Shown piece after piece: positions 52,866-62,387 of a stretch of 64,000 bases of DNA. The stretch's first letter is position 1. Every line of letters begins with the position of its first letter. The notes beneath the pieces are model-generated. The model was not told the origin of the DNA and did no database searches. It saw only the letters and a program-made list of their open reading frames with translations. The translations under genes and the position numbers were made by a program. The stretch comes from an uncultured cyanobacterium. Its GTDB lineage: Bacteria; Cyanobacteriota; Cyanobacteriia; Cyanobacteriales; CAWUOF01. The stretch spans positions 2,112,001 to 2,176,000 of the forward strand of contig CAVUSO010000001.1 of NCBI GenBank assembly GCA_963744145.1, given 5' to 3'.

Positions 52866-54230
52866 ATGCAAATTTCCGAATCTCCTGTCACTCAGCAAAC
52901 TGAGTCAACTTCTCACCAGATCAACGGATTTGATCTGCAAAATCCTCCTCAAACCAAATTAATTGATACTTGTGTTCACTGTGGGTTTTGTTTAGCAACT
53001 TGTCCCAGTTATCGAATCTTAGGGAAAGAAATGGATTCTCCTAGAGGGAGGATTTACTTAATGGATGCAATTCATCAAGGAGAAGCACCCTTAAATAGTG
53101 TAACGGTAGAGCATTTTGATTCTTGTTTAGGATGTTTAGCTTGTGTGACTACTTGTCCTTCCGGAGTCAAATATGATCAACTAATTGCTGCAACTCGTCC
53201 TCAAGTCGAACGGAATTATCAACGAGGATGGAGCGATCGCTTAATTCGGGCTCTAATTTTTCATCTTTTTCCCTATCCCCAACGATTACGTTTATTATTG
53301 ATTCCGATATTGCTGTATCAAAAATTAGGATTACAGAAACTGATCCGGGGGACAAAACTTCTCGCACAAATATCTCCTCAGTTAGCAGCAATGGAATCAA
53401 TTTTACCACAAATATCCCTAGCAGCTTTCACCGATGACTTACCCACTATTATTCCAGCTCAAGGAAAAAAACGCTACCGGGTGGGAATGATTTTAGGATG
53501 TGTACAAAGATTATTTTTCTCTCCAGTTAATGAAGCTACAGTCAGAGTATTAAGTAGCAATGGTTGTGAAATTGTGATTCCCAAAACTCAGGGATGTTGT
53601 GGAGCACTTCCAGAACATCAGGGACAAACAGCACAATCCCAAGCGATCGCACGTCAGATGATTGATAGTTTTGCAGATACTAACGTTGATACAATTATTA
53701 TTAATGCAGCTGGTTGTGGTCATACCTTGAAAGAATATGGTCATATTTTGGAGAATGATCCTGAATATGCAGAAAAAGCTCAAGTATTTGCTAGTAAAGT
53801 CAGAGACGTACAAGAATTTTTAGCAACAGTGGGATTAACAACTAAACTGCACCCCTTAATTGAGGGAGAATTAACAATTGTCTATCAAGACGCTTGTCAT
53901 TTATTACATGGACAAAAAATTAGTTTACCACCAAGACAATTATTACAACAAATTCCAGGAATAAAACTCAAAGAACCAATTGATGCTGCGCTATGTTGTG
54001 GGAGTGCTGGAGTTTACAATATGCTCCAACCGGAAGTAGCAGATGAATTAGGTAAACAAAAAGTAGAAAACTTGCTCAATACAGGTGCTGAATTAATTGC
54101 TTCACCTAATCCCGGGTGTTCTTTGCAAATTAATAAACATTTGCAATTGCAAGGTAAAGAGATCTGTGTATTACATCCGATCCAATTATTAGATTATTCG
54201 AGCAGAGGGATCAAATTGTCAAGAAAATAA
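52866..54230 (+). CDS. glcF: Glycolate dehydrogenase iron-sulfur subunit
   Basis: CVHCGFCLATCP, SPRGRI, CLGCLACVTTCPSGV, CCG domains. Confidence 0.92.
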   Translation: MQISESPVTQQTESTSHQINGFDLQNPPQTKLIDTCVHCGFCLATCPSYRILGKEMDSPRGRIYLMDAIHQGEAPLNSVTVEHFDSCLGCLACVTTCPSGVKYDQLIAATRPQVERNYQRGWSDRLIRALIFHLFPYPQRLRLLLIPILLYQKLGLQKLIRGTKLLAQISPQLAAMESILPQISLAAFTDDLPTIIPAQGKKRYRVGMILGCVQRLFFSPVNEATVRVLSSNGCEIVIPKTQGCCGALPEHQGQTAQSQAIARQMIDSFADTNVDTIIINAAGCGHTLKEYGHILENDPEYAEKAQVFASKVRDVQEFLATVGLTTKLHPLIEGELTIVYQDACHLLHGQKISLPPRQLLQQIPGIKLKEPIDAALCCGSAGVYNMLQPEVADELGKQKVENLLNTGAELIASPNPGCSLQINKHLQLQGKEICVLHPIQLLDYSSRGIKLSRK

Positions 54231-54252
54231 TCATCAAAGCAAAAGGAATCTG

Positions 54253-54422
54253 GGCAGAAGAAGGGTTTACCCTGAGTGTTCCCTGAGCCTTGCCCTGAGC
54301 GTAGTCGAAGGGGTAGTCGAAGGACGGAGTCGAAGGGTGAAGCATTCGGATCTAATATTACTAGCTGGATCGCTCAATTGTCGTCCGAATGCTTCACCCC
54401 TACAGTTAACTGAACCCTATTG
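54253..54422. mobile_element. REP/MITE with a triple-nested 3x24-bp insertion (54266-54337)
   Basis: Removing 54266-54337 restores GGCAGAAGAAGGGTGAAGCATTCGG as seen at 23241. Confidence 0.88.
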
Positions 54423-54449
54423 AATCATACCTCAATTCAACAACATCGG

Positions 54450-54920
54450 TTAATTTCTAGGGGGCAATTCACTAACTATTTCCCTAATTTTTACCCATTC
54501 ATAAGCTAAAGCAGTTTCTCCTGGTCTAATTCTGCGATTTTGTAATTCTGGATGACGTTGATAAAATATTGCATCTGCAACATTATCTAAAACACAACTA
54601 ACTAATTTTACTCCATTTTTAACTTGAGTATCATAATTAAGCAGATACCAGTCAGACCCAAAATTATGACCAGCATATTTTTGGTAAACTAAGCTATGAC
54701 GAACAACTTTTTCGATCGCTTGCCATTCATTGATATAATTAACTTCGTCAATGCTAATTTTTCGTCCGATTAGCTCTGGATGAAGCCTAAAGAAAAATTT
54801 ATTAGTCCATTGATCAATAACTGGTTGAGGGACATTAGCTGGAATTTTATGGTTCAAACTATGATTCCAGATTCCAGACAAAACGGGGAAAGAAGAAACT
54901 CGGCTTTTCATGGTTGACAA
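54450..54920 (-). CDS. Hypothetical protein with two copies of an F..HPEL..R.I...E....EW..I repeat
   Basis: FFFRLHPELIGRKISIDEVNYINEWQAI and IFYQRHPELQNRRIRPGETALAYEWVKI; start uncertain. Confidence 0.65.
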   Translation of the reverse strand: MSTMKSRVSSFPVLSGIWNHSLNHKIPANVPQPVIDQWTNKFFFRLHPELIGRKISIDEVNYINEWQAIEKVVRHSLVYQKYAGHNFGSDWYLLNYDTQVKNGVKLVSCVLDNVADAIFYQRHPELQNRRIRPGETALAYEWVKIREIVSELPPRN

Positions 54921-54985
54921 AAGTTTTAATTTTTACTTATTATTCCCGAAGGGTAAATAAACTTACCTTTCAGCCCAGCTTGTTG

Positions 54986-55031
54986 TGGGACAGACATCTG
55001 GTCTGTCCGAGGTATTTTTGCAAGAAGTCTA
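54986..55031. repeat. Partial MITE (one end of the 7416-7540 family)
   Basis: GTGGGACAGACATCTGGTCTGTCC followed by TTTTGCAAGAAGTCTA. Confidence 0.7.
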
Positions 55032-55200
55032 AAATAGTTGACTGAACTTACTTTGACTAGACTCAGTGAAAATACGGAAGTGGGCTTCATTATTTTCACT
55101 TACTCTTCTAAATACCTCCTCTCTCTATTGACAGAATTATCTAAAAATTGAGCCGGCATTGTTACAAAACTTTACAAAATGAGCTGATTAGGTGATCCGG

Positions 55201-56601
55201 TTAGATGGGATCGGGGCATTTTTTGGAATTGGCTGTAATTTTTTGGTGAATATGACGAGGTAAACCTAATTCAGCTTGGACATAGAGTCGTTCAAATTCA
55301 CGGATAAAATGAGCAGTAACCATAGGATTATCAATAATTACCACTGTTTCATCATTATTAGCATTAGCTACTGCTGACCAATTGTGAGAACCTGCGATCG
55401 CTATTTTGTCATCGACGATCGCAAATTTATGATGCAACAAATCACCCTGGGGTAACCGAGGAGTACCTACAGTTTGCAGGGGATTTAACCAAGGACGATT
55501 TTCTGATTCAGATTTACATTTAGCACTTAATTTTACTCCCATCATATCCAATGCTTCACTATAAGGACGATAGATAAAATTGCGGTCTATTAAAGCACGG
55601 ATCTGGACATTTTGTTGATGTTTGGTTGCCAAAATATTGACTAAATTTTGCTCAGAAAATACAAACAAGGCTAAATCAATCTTTTTGGTTGCTGTGCTTA
55701 AAGTTTTACCAATAATTCCATTGCTCGTTTGATTCCAAGGTATTTTTTGACTGGTGGGAGAAAACTGGATGGTAAGATGATTATCACCAAGTTGAACTTG
55801 TTGTGCTGATCGAAAGGGTTTTTTACTCCCAAATTTGCTATCTAGTTTCCCACCCGGACCATCTCCCCACATTAGATTAAACTCTTGGGTAAATAATCTA
55901 GCAACTTCAGTGCTGTCAATTTTTAGCAAATTATTGGGATTCCCCCGACTATCAGGAAAGCGAAAATCTCCGTGCATATCACTAGTAGTAAAATTAGCAG
56001 AAGTAACGATTACTTTACTACCATCAATAATCATAAATTTGTGGTGCATTAAACCACTACCTTTTGAGCCATCAGCGGTATCATCAAGTAGATTGATTTG
56101 CCCATTTTGCAAAATCGCGATCGCGTCACCTTGATTAATTTCATCAATCGTAATTTCCCCATCATGATTATGATCAATTAGTTGCTGTAATTCTTGAAAG
56201 CGATCGCGTTCCCTTGGGGTCATTTTCCTAATTTCCTGACGAGTGATCGTCCGAAAAGCACGATTATAAGTATTTTCCACAATCACCCGAACTTTTACCC
56301 CAGCTTTTTGTCGTTCTACCAGTGCTTGAGCAATTTTGGGTAAGTGTAATTCCTGGACAGCTACATCGATAGTAGAATTAGCACTGGTGATGGTATCAAT
56401 AATGACTTGTTCTAAATTGTCCCCGGGACGAATTTGCTGGCGATCGGATTCTTGATACTGAGCAATTTGGTTATGATTGAAGTAAACTTGAACAAAGGAA
56501 TCTTGGGGTAACGCTGAGAGTCGCGGGTTTTGGGTCTTAACCCTTTGACAAGCGACTAGGGTAAAGGCTAAGAAAAAAATAAAATAATGTCGTAGTTGCA
56601 T
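55201..56601 (-). CDS. Phospholipase D-family nuclease lipoprotein (cyanobacterial ComA-like N-terminal part)
   Basis: Lipobox LVAC; two HKD motifs, HHKFMIID and HHKFAIVD. Confidence 0.88.
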   Translation of the reverse strand: MQLRHYFIFFLAFTLVACQRVKTQNPRLSALPQDSFVQVYFNHNQIAQYQESDRQQIRPGDNLEQVIIDTITSANSTIDVAVQELHLPKIAQALVERQKAGVKVRVIVENTYNRAFRTITRQEIRKMTPRERDRFQELQQLIDHNHDGEITIDEINQGDAIAILQNGQINLLDDTADGSKGSGLMHHKFMIIDGSKVIVTSANFTTSDMHGDFRFPDSRGNPNNLLKIDSTEVARLFTQEFNLMWGDGPGGKLDSKFGSKKPFRSAQQVQLGDNHLTIQFSPTSQKIPWNQTSNGIIGKTLSTATKKIDLALFVFSEQNLVNILATKHQQNVQIRALIDRNFIYRPYSEALDMMGVKLSAKCKSESENRPWLNPLQTVGTPRLPQGDLLHHKFAIVDDKIAIAGSHNWSAVANANNDETVVIIDNPMVTAHFIREFERLYVQAELGLPRHIHQKITANSKKCPDPI

Positions 56602-56726
56602 TAGGGTTAAGGGAGATAGGGGACAAAAATGGCTAATCGGTTGATTTTGAGTCGCTGGATTTTAAGTGAACAATTAGCTTTTTGCAATACCCACATCACC
56701 AATAAACAAGAAAGCAAAAATAACTA

Positions 56727-56749
56727 GGACAGACAAGATGTCTGTCCCC
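56727..56749. repeat. Palindromic REP copy GGACAGACAAGATGTCTGTCC
   Basis: Reverse complement of the palindrome in the 52-bp repeat. Confidence 0.7.
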
Positions 56750-56802
56750 CAAAAGATCAGGAAAATCTATCCTTAGATAATGTTTGCTCAAATAACACCT
56801 AT

Positions 56803-57459
56803 ATGAATGTGTCTCTCAAATCGACTCCCTTACGGGTTTTAATCGTTGAGGATGATCCCATGATGCAATTGGGATTAGAGCAGTCTCTGTCGGAAAACCC
56901 AGAAATTCTGATTGTGGGACAAGCTGATGATGGTTACTTAGGGGTAGAAGCAGCACTGAAGCTCAAACCTGATTTAATTGTCATGGATATTGGTTTACCA
57001 CGTTTGGATGGAATTGCAGCTACCCAAAAAATTAAGGAAGTTTTACCAGAGATCCGGATTGTCATCCTCACTTCCCATACTTCGGAAACAGAAATTATTG
57101 CTGCTCTTTCTAGTGGTGCTGACGCTTATTGTGTTAAAGGTGCCAGTATAGATCAGTTATTAGCTGCGATCGCTGTAGCTCAAGAAGGTGCAACTTATCT
57201 TGATCCGCAAATTGCTCGTAAAGTGATCGATCATCTCAAACCACCGATTACTTCTCCAACTAATATTGTTAATTTATCCCAGCGGGAGTTAGAAGTATTA
57301 AAACTGATGGTCGAAGGTAAAAGTAATCCCGAAATTGCTAATGTACTTTATCTGAGTCCTAATACTATTAAAACTCATGTCCGTGGGATTATGAATAAAT
57401 TAGCGGTTGACGATCGAGTCCAAGCGGCGGTAGTAGCTTTGCGATCTGGGTTAGTATAA
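56803..57459 (+). CDS. NarL/LuxR family response regulator
   Basis: REC plus LSQRELEVLKLMVEGKSNPEIA...TIKTHV HTH. Confidence 0.95.
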   Translation: MNVSLKSTPLRVLIVEDDPMMQLGLEQSLSENPEILIVGQADDGYLGVEAALKLKPDLIVMDIGLPRLDGIAATQKIKEVLPEIRIVILTSHTSETEIIAALSSGADAYCVKGASIDQLLAAIAVAQEGATYLDPQIARKVIDHLKPPITSPTNIVNLSQRELEVLKLMVEGKSNPEIANVLYLSPNTIKTHVRGIMNKLAVDDRVQAAVVALRSGLV

Positions 57460-57476
57460 TTATACCTCAAAAGAAA

Positions 57477-59117
57477 CTAAGGATGTTTTTGAATCGTAGC
57501 AGTTGCAGTATAAATTGCCTCAGTTGTTGTTTCAAAACAATTGGACTCCCCAATTTCTGCCAATAGTCCTGATCTTTCTAGAATTTGTTTAACTTGGGGC
57601 TGCAAACCGGTGAGAATTAAGAGACAATTATGACGTTTTAAGTCGCGATAAATATCTTCAAGAGCAACTAATCCAGTTACATCCATATTGGGGACAAATC
57701 GCAGTCGCAAAATGAGAAACTTCACTTCTGGTTCATCCCGTAGGAATGTCACAAACCGTTCAGCAGCACCAAAAAATACTGGTCCATCTACTCGATAAAC
57801 GGCTATTTGCTTGCTTAACTCTAGGGGAACACCAGGTGGAAAGACTTCTGTTTCCGGAATTTTGGCTAAACTCAGATCGCTCATCCGCTTAATGAATAAA
57901 GCACCTGCTGCAATCAATCCCACTTCTACAGCTAATACTAAGTCAAAACAGATGGTCACTAACCAGGTGAGAATCATTACCGCAAAGTCGGAATAAGTAG
58001 CACGTAGCAGCAAGCCGATCGCTTCCCATTCGATCATCCGCAGGCTAACTACCATCAGAATACCAGCTAATGCCGCGAGGGGAATTTGGGCTGCTAGGGG
58101 AGCAAACGCTAAGACGATAATCGCTAAAATAATACCGTGAATTACGCCCGAAAGTCGGGTTTTACCACCAGCACGGACATTAACCGCAGTTCTTGCGATC
58201 GCACCCGTTGCGGGAATACCCCCAAAAAAAGGTACTACAATATTTGCCAATCCTTGACCGATCAGTTCTCTATCACTATTATGTTTCTCACTAACGGTCA
58301 TGCCATCAGCTACTACCGCAGATAGCAATGACTCAATACTTCCCAATGCAGCTAGTGCTAATGCAGGATTGATCAGTTCTTGGACCAGACCAAAATCATT
58401 CCAGTGGGGAATAGCTTGGAGCATGGGTAAGGATTGGGGGATTGAACCGATCGTGGGGACTTGAAGTTGAAAAAAAGAGGCGATCGCTGTTGCTAATAGT
58501 AACCCCACTAAAGAAGCTGGGATCATGGTATTGAGTCTGGGCCATAGCATTTTGGTGATAATTACTACCATTGCTAACCCCATTGCTACCCAGTTAGCAC
58601 TCTCAATCTGGGTCAAAGTTGTCCAGAGTCCGGGTAAAAAATGTTCACTTCGTGGTAATTGCAAACCAAAGAAATTGTTGAGCTGACCACAAAAGATAAT
58701 TACGGCGATCCCATTAGTAAAACCTGCTGTCACTGGATAGGGAATAAACTTGACTAAGCGTCCGAGTTTAGCAATCCCGAAAGCAACCTGGATAATACCA
58801 GCCATTACCCCAGCTAGCCAAACTTTTTCAATCCCATATTTAGCAACAAGTCCTACTAGGACAACCGCCATTGCTCCGGTCGGTCCAGTAATTTGCACTG
58901 GAGAACCACCAAAGATTGCGGCTACAATTCCCGCTACAATTGCTGTGTAGAGTCCGGCTTTCGGTTCCACTCCACTCGCTACTGCAAAAGCTAGCGCTAA
59001 AGGTAGTGCTACCACAGCTGCTGTTAGCCCACCCGCCAAATCACCCTTCCAATGATGTAGTTGCTGACCGATATCGAAATATTGAATGTGATCAAGAGTA
59101 TTTTTTACTGTCTTCAT
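57477..59117 (-). CDS. SulP/SLC26 anion permease with STAS domain
   Basis: GDLAGGLTAAVVALPLALAF, GPTG, ATGAIART, DGPVFFG, DVTG. Confidence 0.93.
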   Translation of the reverse strand: MKTVKNTLDHIQYFDIGQQLHHWKGDLAGGLTAAVVALPLALAFAVASGVEPKAGLYTAIVAGIVAAIFGGSPVQITGPTGAMAVVLVGLVAKYGIEKVWLAGVMAGIIQVAFGIAKLGRLVKFIPYPVTAGFTNGIAVIIFCGQLNNFFGLQLPRSEHFLPGLWTTLTQIESANWVAMGLAMVVIITKMLWPRLNTMIPASLVGLLLATAIASFFQLQVPTIGSIPQSLPMLQAIPHWNDFGLVQELINPALALAALGSIESLLSAVVADGMTVSEKHNSDRELIGQGLANIVVPFFGGIPATGAIARTAVNVRAGGKTRLSGVIHGIILAIIVLAFAPLAAQIPLAALAGILMVVSLRMIEWEAIGLLLRATYSDFAVMILTWLVTICFDLVLAVEVGLIAAGALFIKRMSDLSLAKIPETEVFPPGVPLELSKQIAVYRVDGPVFFGAAERFVTFLRDEPEVKFLILRLRFVPNMDVTGLVALEDIYRDLKRHNCLLILTGLQPQVKQILERSGLLAEIGESNCFETTTEAIYTATATIQKHP

Positions 59118-61342
59118 CTGTTTATCGGTAAAGTAAACCAGAATTTTGCCCCATGACCAGGATGGCTAATTACGCCAATTTTACCTCCATGAGCTGTAAT
59201 AATTTGCCGACACACATATAATCCCAATCCAATTCCATTTAAGTGTCGAGTATTAGTACCTCGGTAGTATAAATCAAAGAGGCGATCGCATTGTTCTTGG
59301 TTCATTCCGATCCCGTTATCCGTCAGACTACAGTCAATCATCTGATTGTTTATAGTCACCCTAATGGTTAAAGTAATTCCGGGTGGATTATGTTTTAAAG
59401 CATTAGTAATTAAATTTTCAAATACGCGCCAGAGTGCAGTAGCATCAGCATCTATAATTGGTAAATTAGGCTCAATCTCCGTCACGATCGCCGCTCTATT
59501 TTTTACTAATAGAGGTTCCATTTCAGCTAGAATCTCATCAATCAAAGTAGTAATCTGCATCGGTTGATAGTGCAAAATTATCCCTTGCACTTCGTTCCCA
59601 TGAACTTCTAGCAAAGAATTAATTAAAGTCAATTGCCGATCGCTACTTTGGATCATTCTTTCTAAAACTTGTCGCGGTACAGTAATCAGACTTTCTGATT
59701 GATTTTTTAGCAAATTATTCAATACCATTAATGTCCCCATGACTGGTGTCCGTAGATCATGGGAAACTGCGTGTAAAAAAACATCTTTTAACCGATTTAG
59801 TTCTTGTAATTCCTGCATTTTTTGTTGCAGTTGAGCAGTTCGTTCTTCTACTTGACGTTCTAGGTTAGCATTGAGATTAGTTAGTTGTTGATAAAGTTGT
59901 CCTTGGTGAATTGCGATCGCGACTTGGTTAGCTAATTTCGATAATAAATCCATTTCAAAATATTGCCATTGACGCGGTGCAGTACATTGATGTGCTAAGA
60001 GGATACCAAAAATATTTTCTTTCCATAAAATTGGTACAGCTAAAACCGCTTTCACTTGAAAAATGCGCCAATATTCATTCCGGATCTCTGAAGTTTTAAT
60101 TAAACTTGTATCTTCGATCGCTTGGATATGACTATTAGCAAAGAAATTCCGCAATTCCTGAAGATAATTATCATCCATGATTGATAATCCCAGACAGGAA
60201 GAAAAATTATCATCTACCGATTCAGCTAAAACTTTACCCCGTTGATCTTGATCTAGATAGCTGACTAAAACTCGATCAGCTTGCAGTAACTGTCTTACTT
60301 CTGATACTGTATTATTTAGAATTTCATTTAATTCTAAGGATCTCCTAATTCGTAAAGCTACTTCTCCTAACAAGCGATCGCGTTTTTCTGCTTGGACTCT
60401 TTCTGTAATATCATGGATTAGGGCTAATATACATTCTTCACCGTCAAGATTAATAATTTCTGCTGATAGTAATCCAACAATTATTTCCCCTGATTTTTTC
60501 CGAAATTTGAATTCTAAGTTATTAACTTGTTTCACTTCTCGCAACATTTGGATCATTTCTATTCGCTCTTCTTTATTAACCCAAATATTTAACTCGATCG
60601 CGTTATAACCAATTACTTCTGGTCGAGTATATTGGAGAATACGCAAAAAACTATCATTTACTTCTAAATAGCACCCATCGGTCAATGTACTAATAGTGAT
60701 TGCATTCGGACTAGCACGAAATGCTTTAGCAAACTTCTCTTCAGATAGACGTAATGCTGCTTCTACCATAGCGCGATCGCGAGCTTCTATTGCTAAAGAA
60801 ACTAAATCAGCGATCGAACCAGCAAAATTTTCTTCTTCTACTGTCCAATGACGGGATAATCCTACCTGTTCATGACAGACAACTCCTACCATTTTACCAC
60901 CTAATCGAATGGGTGAATCCAACATGGAGCTAATCTGAAAATCAGTGAGATAACCTTGAGCAAATTCTTTTGTTCTCGGATCGACATCCGCTTCATGTGC
61001 TGCAATTGTGCGTTCGGTTTCTAATGCTTGAAAATAATGAGGATAATTAGCTGCTGCTAGTTCTATTCCAGCACTATGAGAATTAGAGCTTTGCTGGTAG
61101 AGATTAATGCAATGTAAATGAAAGCGATCATTTTGATATAACCAAACACTAACTCGATCTACTGCCAAAGTTTGTGCTGCTGTTTCAGTAATTTCTTGTA
61201 CTGCTTTGATAAACTGGGAATAAGGATTTTGATTTAGTGCTGTTGTTTGATATTGACGTTTAGCCAATTCTAGCAAAACCCAATTTTGTTTTTGGAGACG
61301 CTGAGTAATTTCAGATAGCCTAATTTCTACTTCATTTTGCAT
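59114..61342 (-). CDS. GAF-PAS-GAF sensor histidine kinase
   Basis: SHDLRTP, NALKH, GIGLGL; likely start MQNEV at 61342 (the longer ORF begins inside a REP). Confidence 0.9.
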   Translation of the reverse strand: MQNEVEIRLSEITQRLQKQNWVLLELAKRQYQTTALNQNPYSQFIKAVQEITETAAQTLAVDRVSVWLYQNDRFHLHCINLYQQSSNSHSAGIELAAANYPHYFQALETERTIAAHEADVDPRTKEFAQGYLTDFQISSMLDSPIRLGGKMVGVVCHEQVGLSRHWTVEEENFAGSIADLVSLAIEARDRAMVEAALRLSEEKFAKAFRASPNAITISTLTDGCYLEVNDSFLRILQYTRPEVIGYNAIELNIWVNKEERIEMIQMLREVKQVNNLEFKFRKKSGEIIVGLLSAEIINLDGEECILALIHDITERVQAEKRDRLLGEVALRIRRSLELNEILNNTVSEVRQLLQADRVLVSYLDQDQRGKVLAESVDDNFSSCLGLSIMDDNYLQELRNFFANSHIQAIEDTSLIKTSEIRNEYWRIFQVKAVLAVPILWKENIFGILLAHQCTAPRQWQYFEMDLLSKLANQVAIAIHQGQLYQQLTNLNANLERQVEERTAQLQQKMQELQELNRLKDVFLHAVSHDLRTPVMGTLMVLNNLLKNQSESLITVPRQVLERMIQSSDRQLTLINSLLEVHGNEVQGIILHYQPMQITTLIDEILAEMEPLLVKNRAAIVTEIEPNLPIIDADATALWRVFENLITNALKHNPPGITLTIRVTINNQMIDCSLTDNGIGMNQEQCDRLFDLYYRGTNTRHLNGIGLGLYVCRQIITAHGGKIGVISHPGHGAKFWFTLPINR

Positions 61343-61397
61343 CTTAGCTGCTTTAATTTTTCCGAATATAATATCTAGATTAGGTCTCAGCGCAGCA

Positions 61398-61491
61398 GCA
61401 GAAGGGTGAAGCATTCGGATCTAATGTTACTGCTTTGATTGTTTACTTATCGCCCGAATGCTTCACCCCTACAATTAACTGAACTGGATTG
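61398..61491. repeat. REP hairpin (empty-site form) with MITE end TTAACTGAACTGGATTG
   Basis: GGGTGAAGCATTCGG...CCGAATGCTTCACCC. Confidence 0.8.
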
Positions 61492-61540
61492 AATTAGATC
61501 CAAATTATCCTCAATCATAATTAACTGATTTGCGGATTTC

Positions 61541-61608
61541 TGTAGGGGTGGGTTCACCAGTAGCTCTGCAATTTACCAACAAATAATAAAAACCCACCCC
61601 CACCCACA
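61541..61608. repeat. GTAG-type REP-like imperfect hairpin
   Basis: TGTAGGGGTGGGTT...AACCCACCCC. Confidence 0.55.
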
Positions 61609-61699
61609 GATCAATCCTCAACCGTTCAATCTGATCCCAATTTTTGATGAAGTTACATAGAATTGGGCGAATATTTTTGATCATATAAACCCAGCTTAA

Positions 61700-62272
61700 T
61701 TAAAACGGAATCGGATCGTAATCATCGGGTTGTTTTTTTGGTAAAGGAGCGCTAGTAAAATCCTCATAATCATCAGCAGATTTATTTTTTGGTAAAGGTT
61801 CAACAGGAGCATAACTAGGAGGAGAAATATCAGCATCTCTGCTCCGAGCATTAGCAGGTTTAGGAGCATCAAAATTTTGCTGACGACGCTCTAAAGGAAC
61901 CACATTACTTTTAGCTACAGCTCCATCAGGTTGAGTCGATGTATTTACATTAGGAGTAGCTGCAATAAAATCCCCATTAAGACTGTAGATTTTACCTACT
62001 ACTAATTCAGCCCGCTTTTCTTTAAAACCTTCAGATCGTTCGATCGTATTCATACTCAAACGACCTTCAATAATCACGCGATCGCCAGGGTGATAGCGTT
62101 GTTGAATTTCTTGAGCCAAATTTCCCCATCCGACTACCTTTAAAGTCGCGGGAGGATCTTGTTCGTTTAAACCGGGAAACTCCACCAACATTTCTGCTAG
62201 AGCTGTATTATCAGTAGTAAAACGTAACTGCGGTTCTTGAACGATTTCTGCCATCAAAATACAATTATTCAT
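61700..62272 (-). CDS. ssb: Single-stranded DNA-binding protein
   Basis: MNNCILMAEIVQEPQLRFT, WGNLA, VIIEGRL, acidic DPIPF tail. Confidence 0.85.
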   Translation of the reverse strand: MNNCILMAEIVQEPQLRFTTDNTALAEMLVEFPGLNEQDPPATLKVVGWGNLAQEIQQRYHPGDRVIIEGRLSMNTIERSEGFKEKRAELVVGKIYSLNGDFIAATPNVNTSTQPDGAVAKSNVVPLERRQQNFDAPKPANARSRDADISPPSYAPVEPLPKNKSADDYEDFTSAPLPKKQPDDYDPIPF

Positions 62273-62387
62273 TGCGAAATTTTCTCCTAGGGTGCATGGG
62301 TAAAGAGTAACAACAATTTACTAATTGATATTCTCTATTCTAACTCGTGAAGCGGGGATCGATCGCGATGAGGTCAGATATTGCCGA

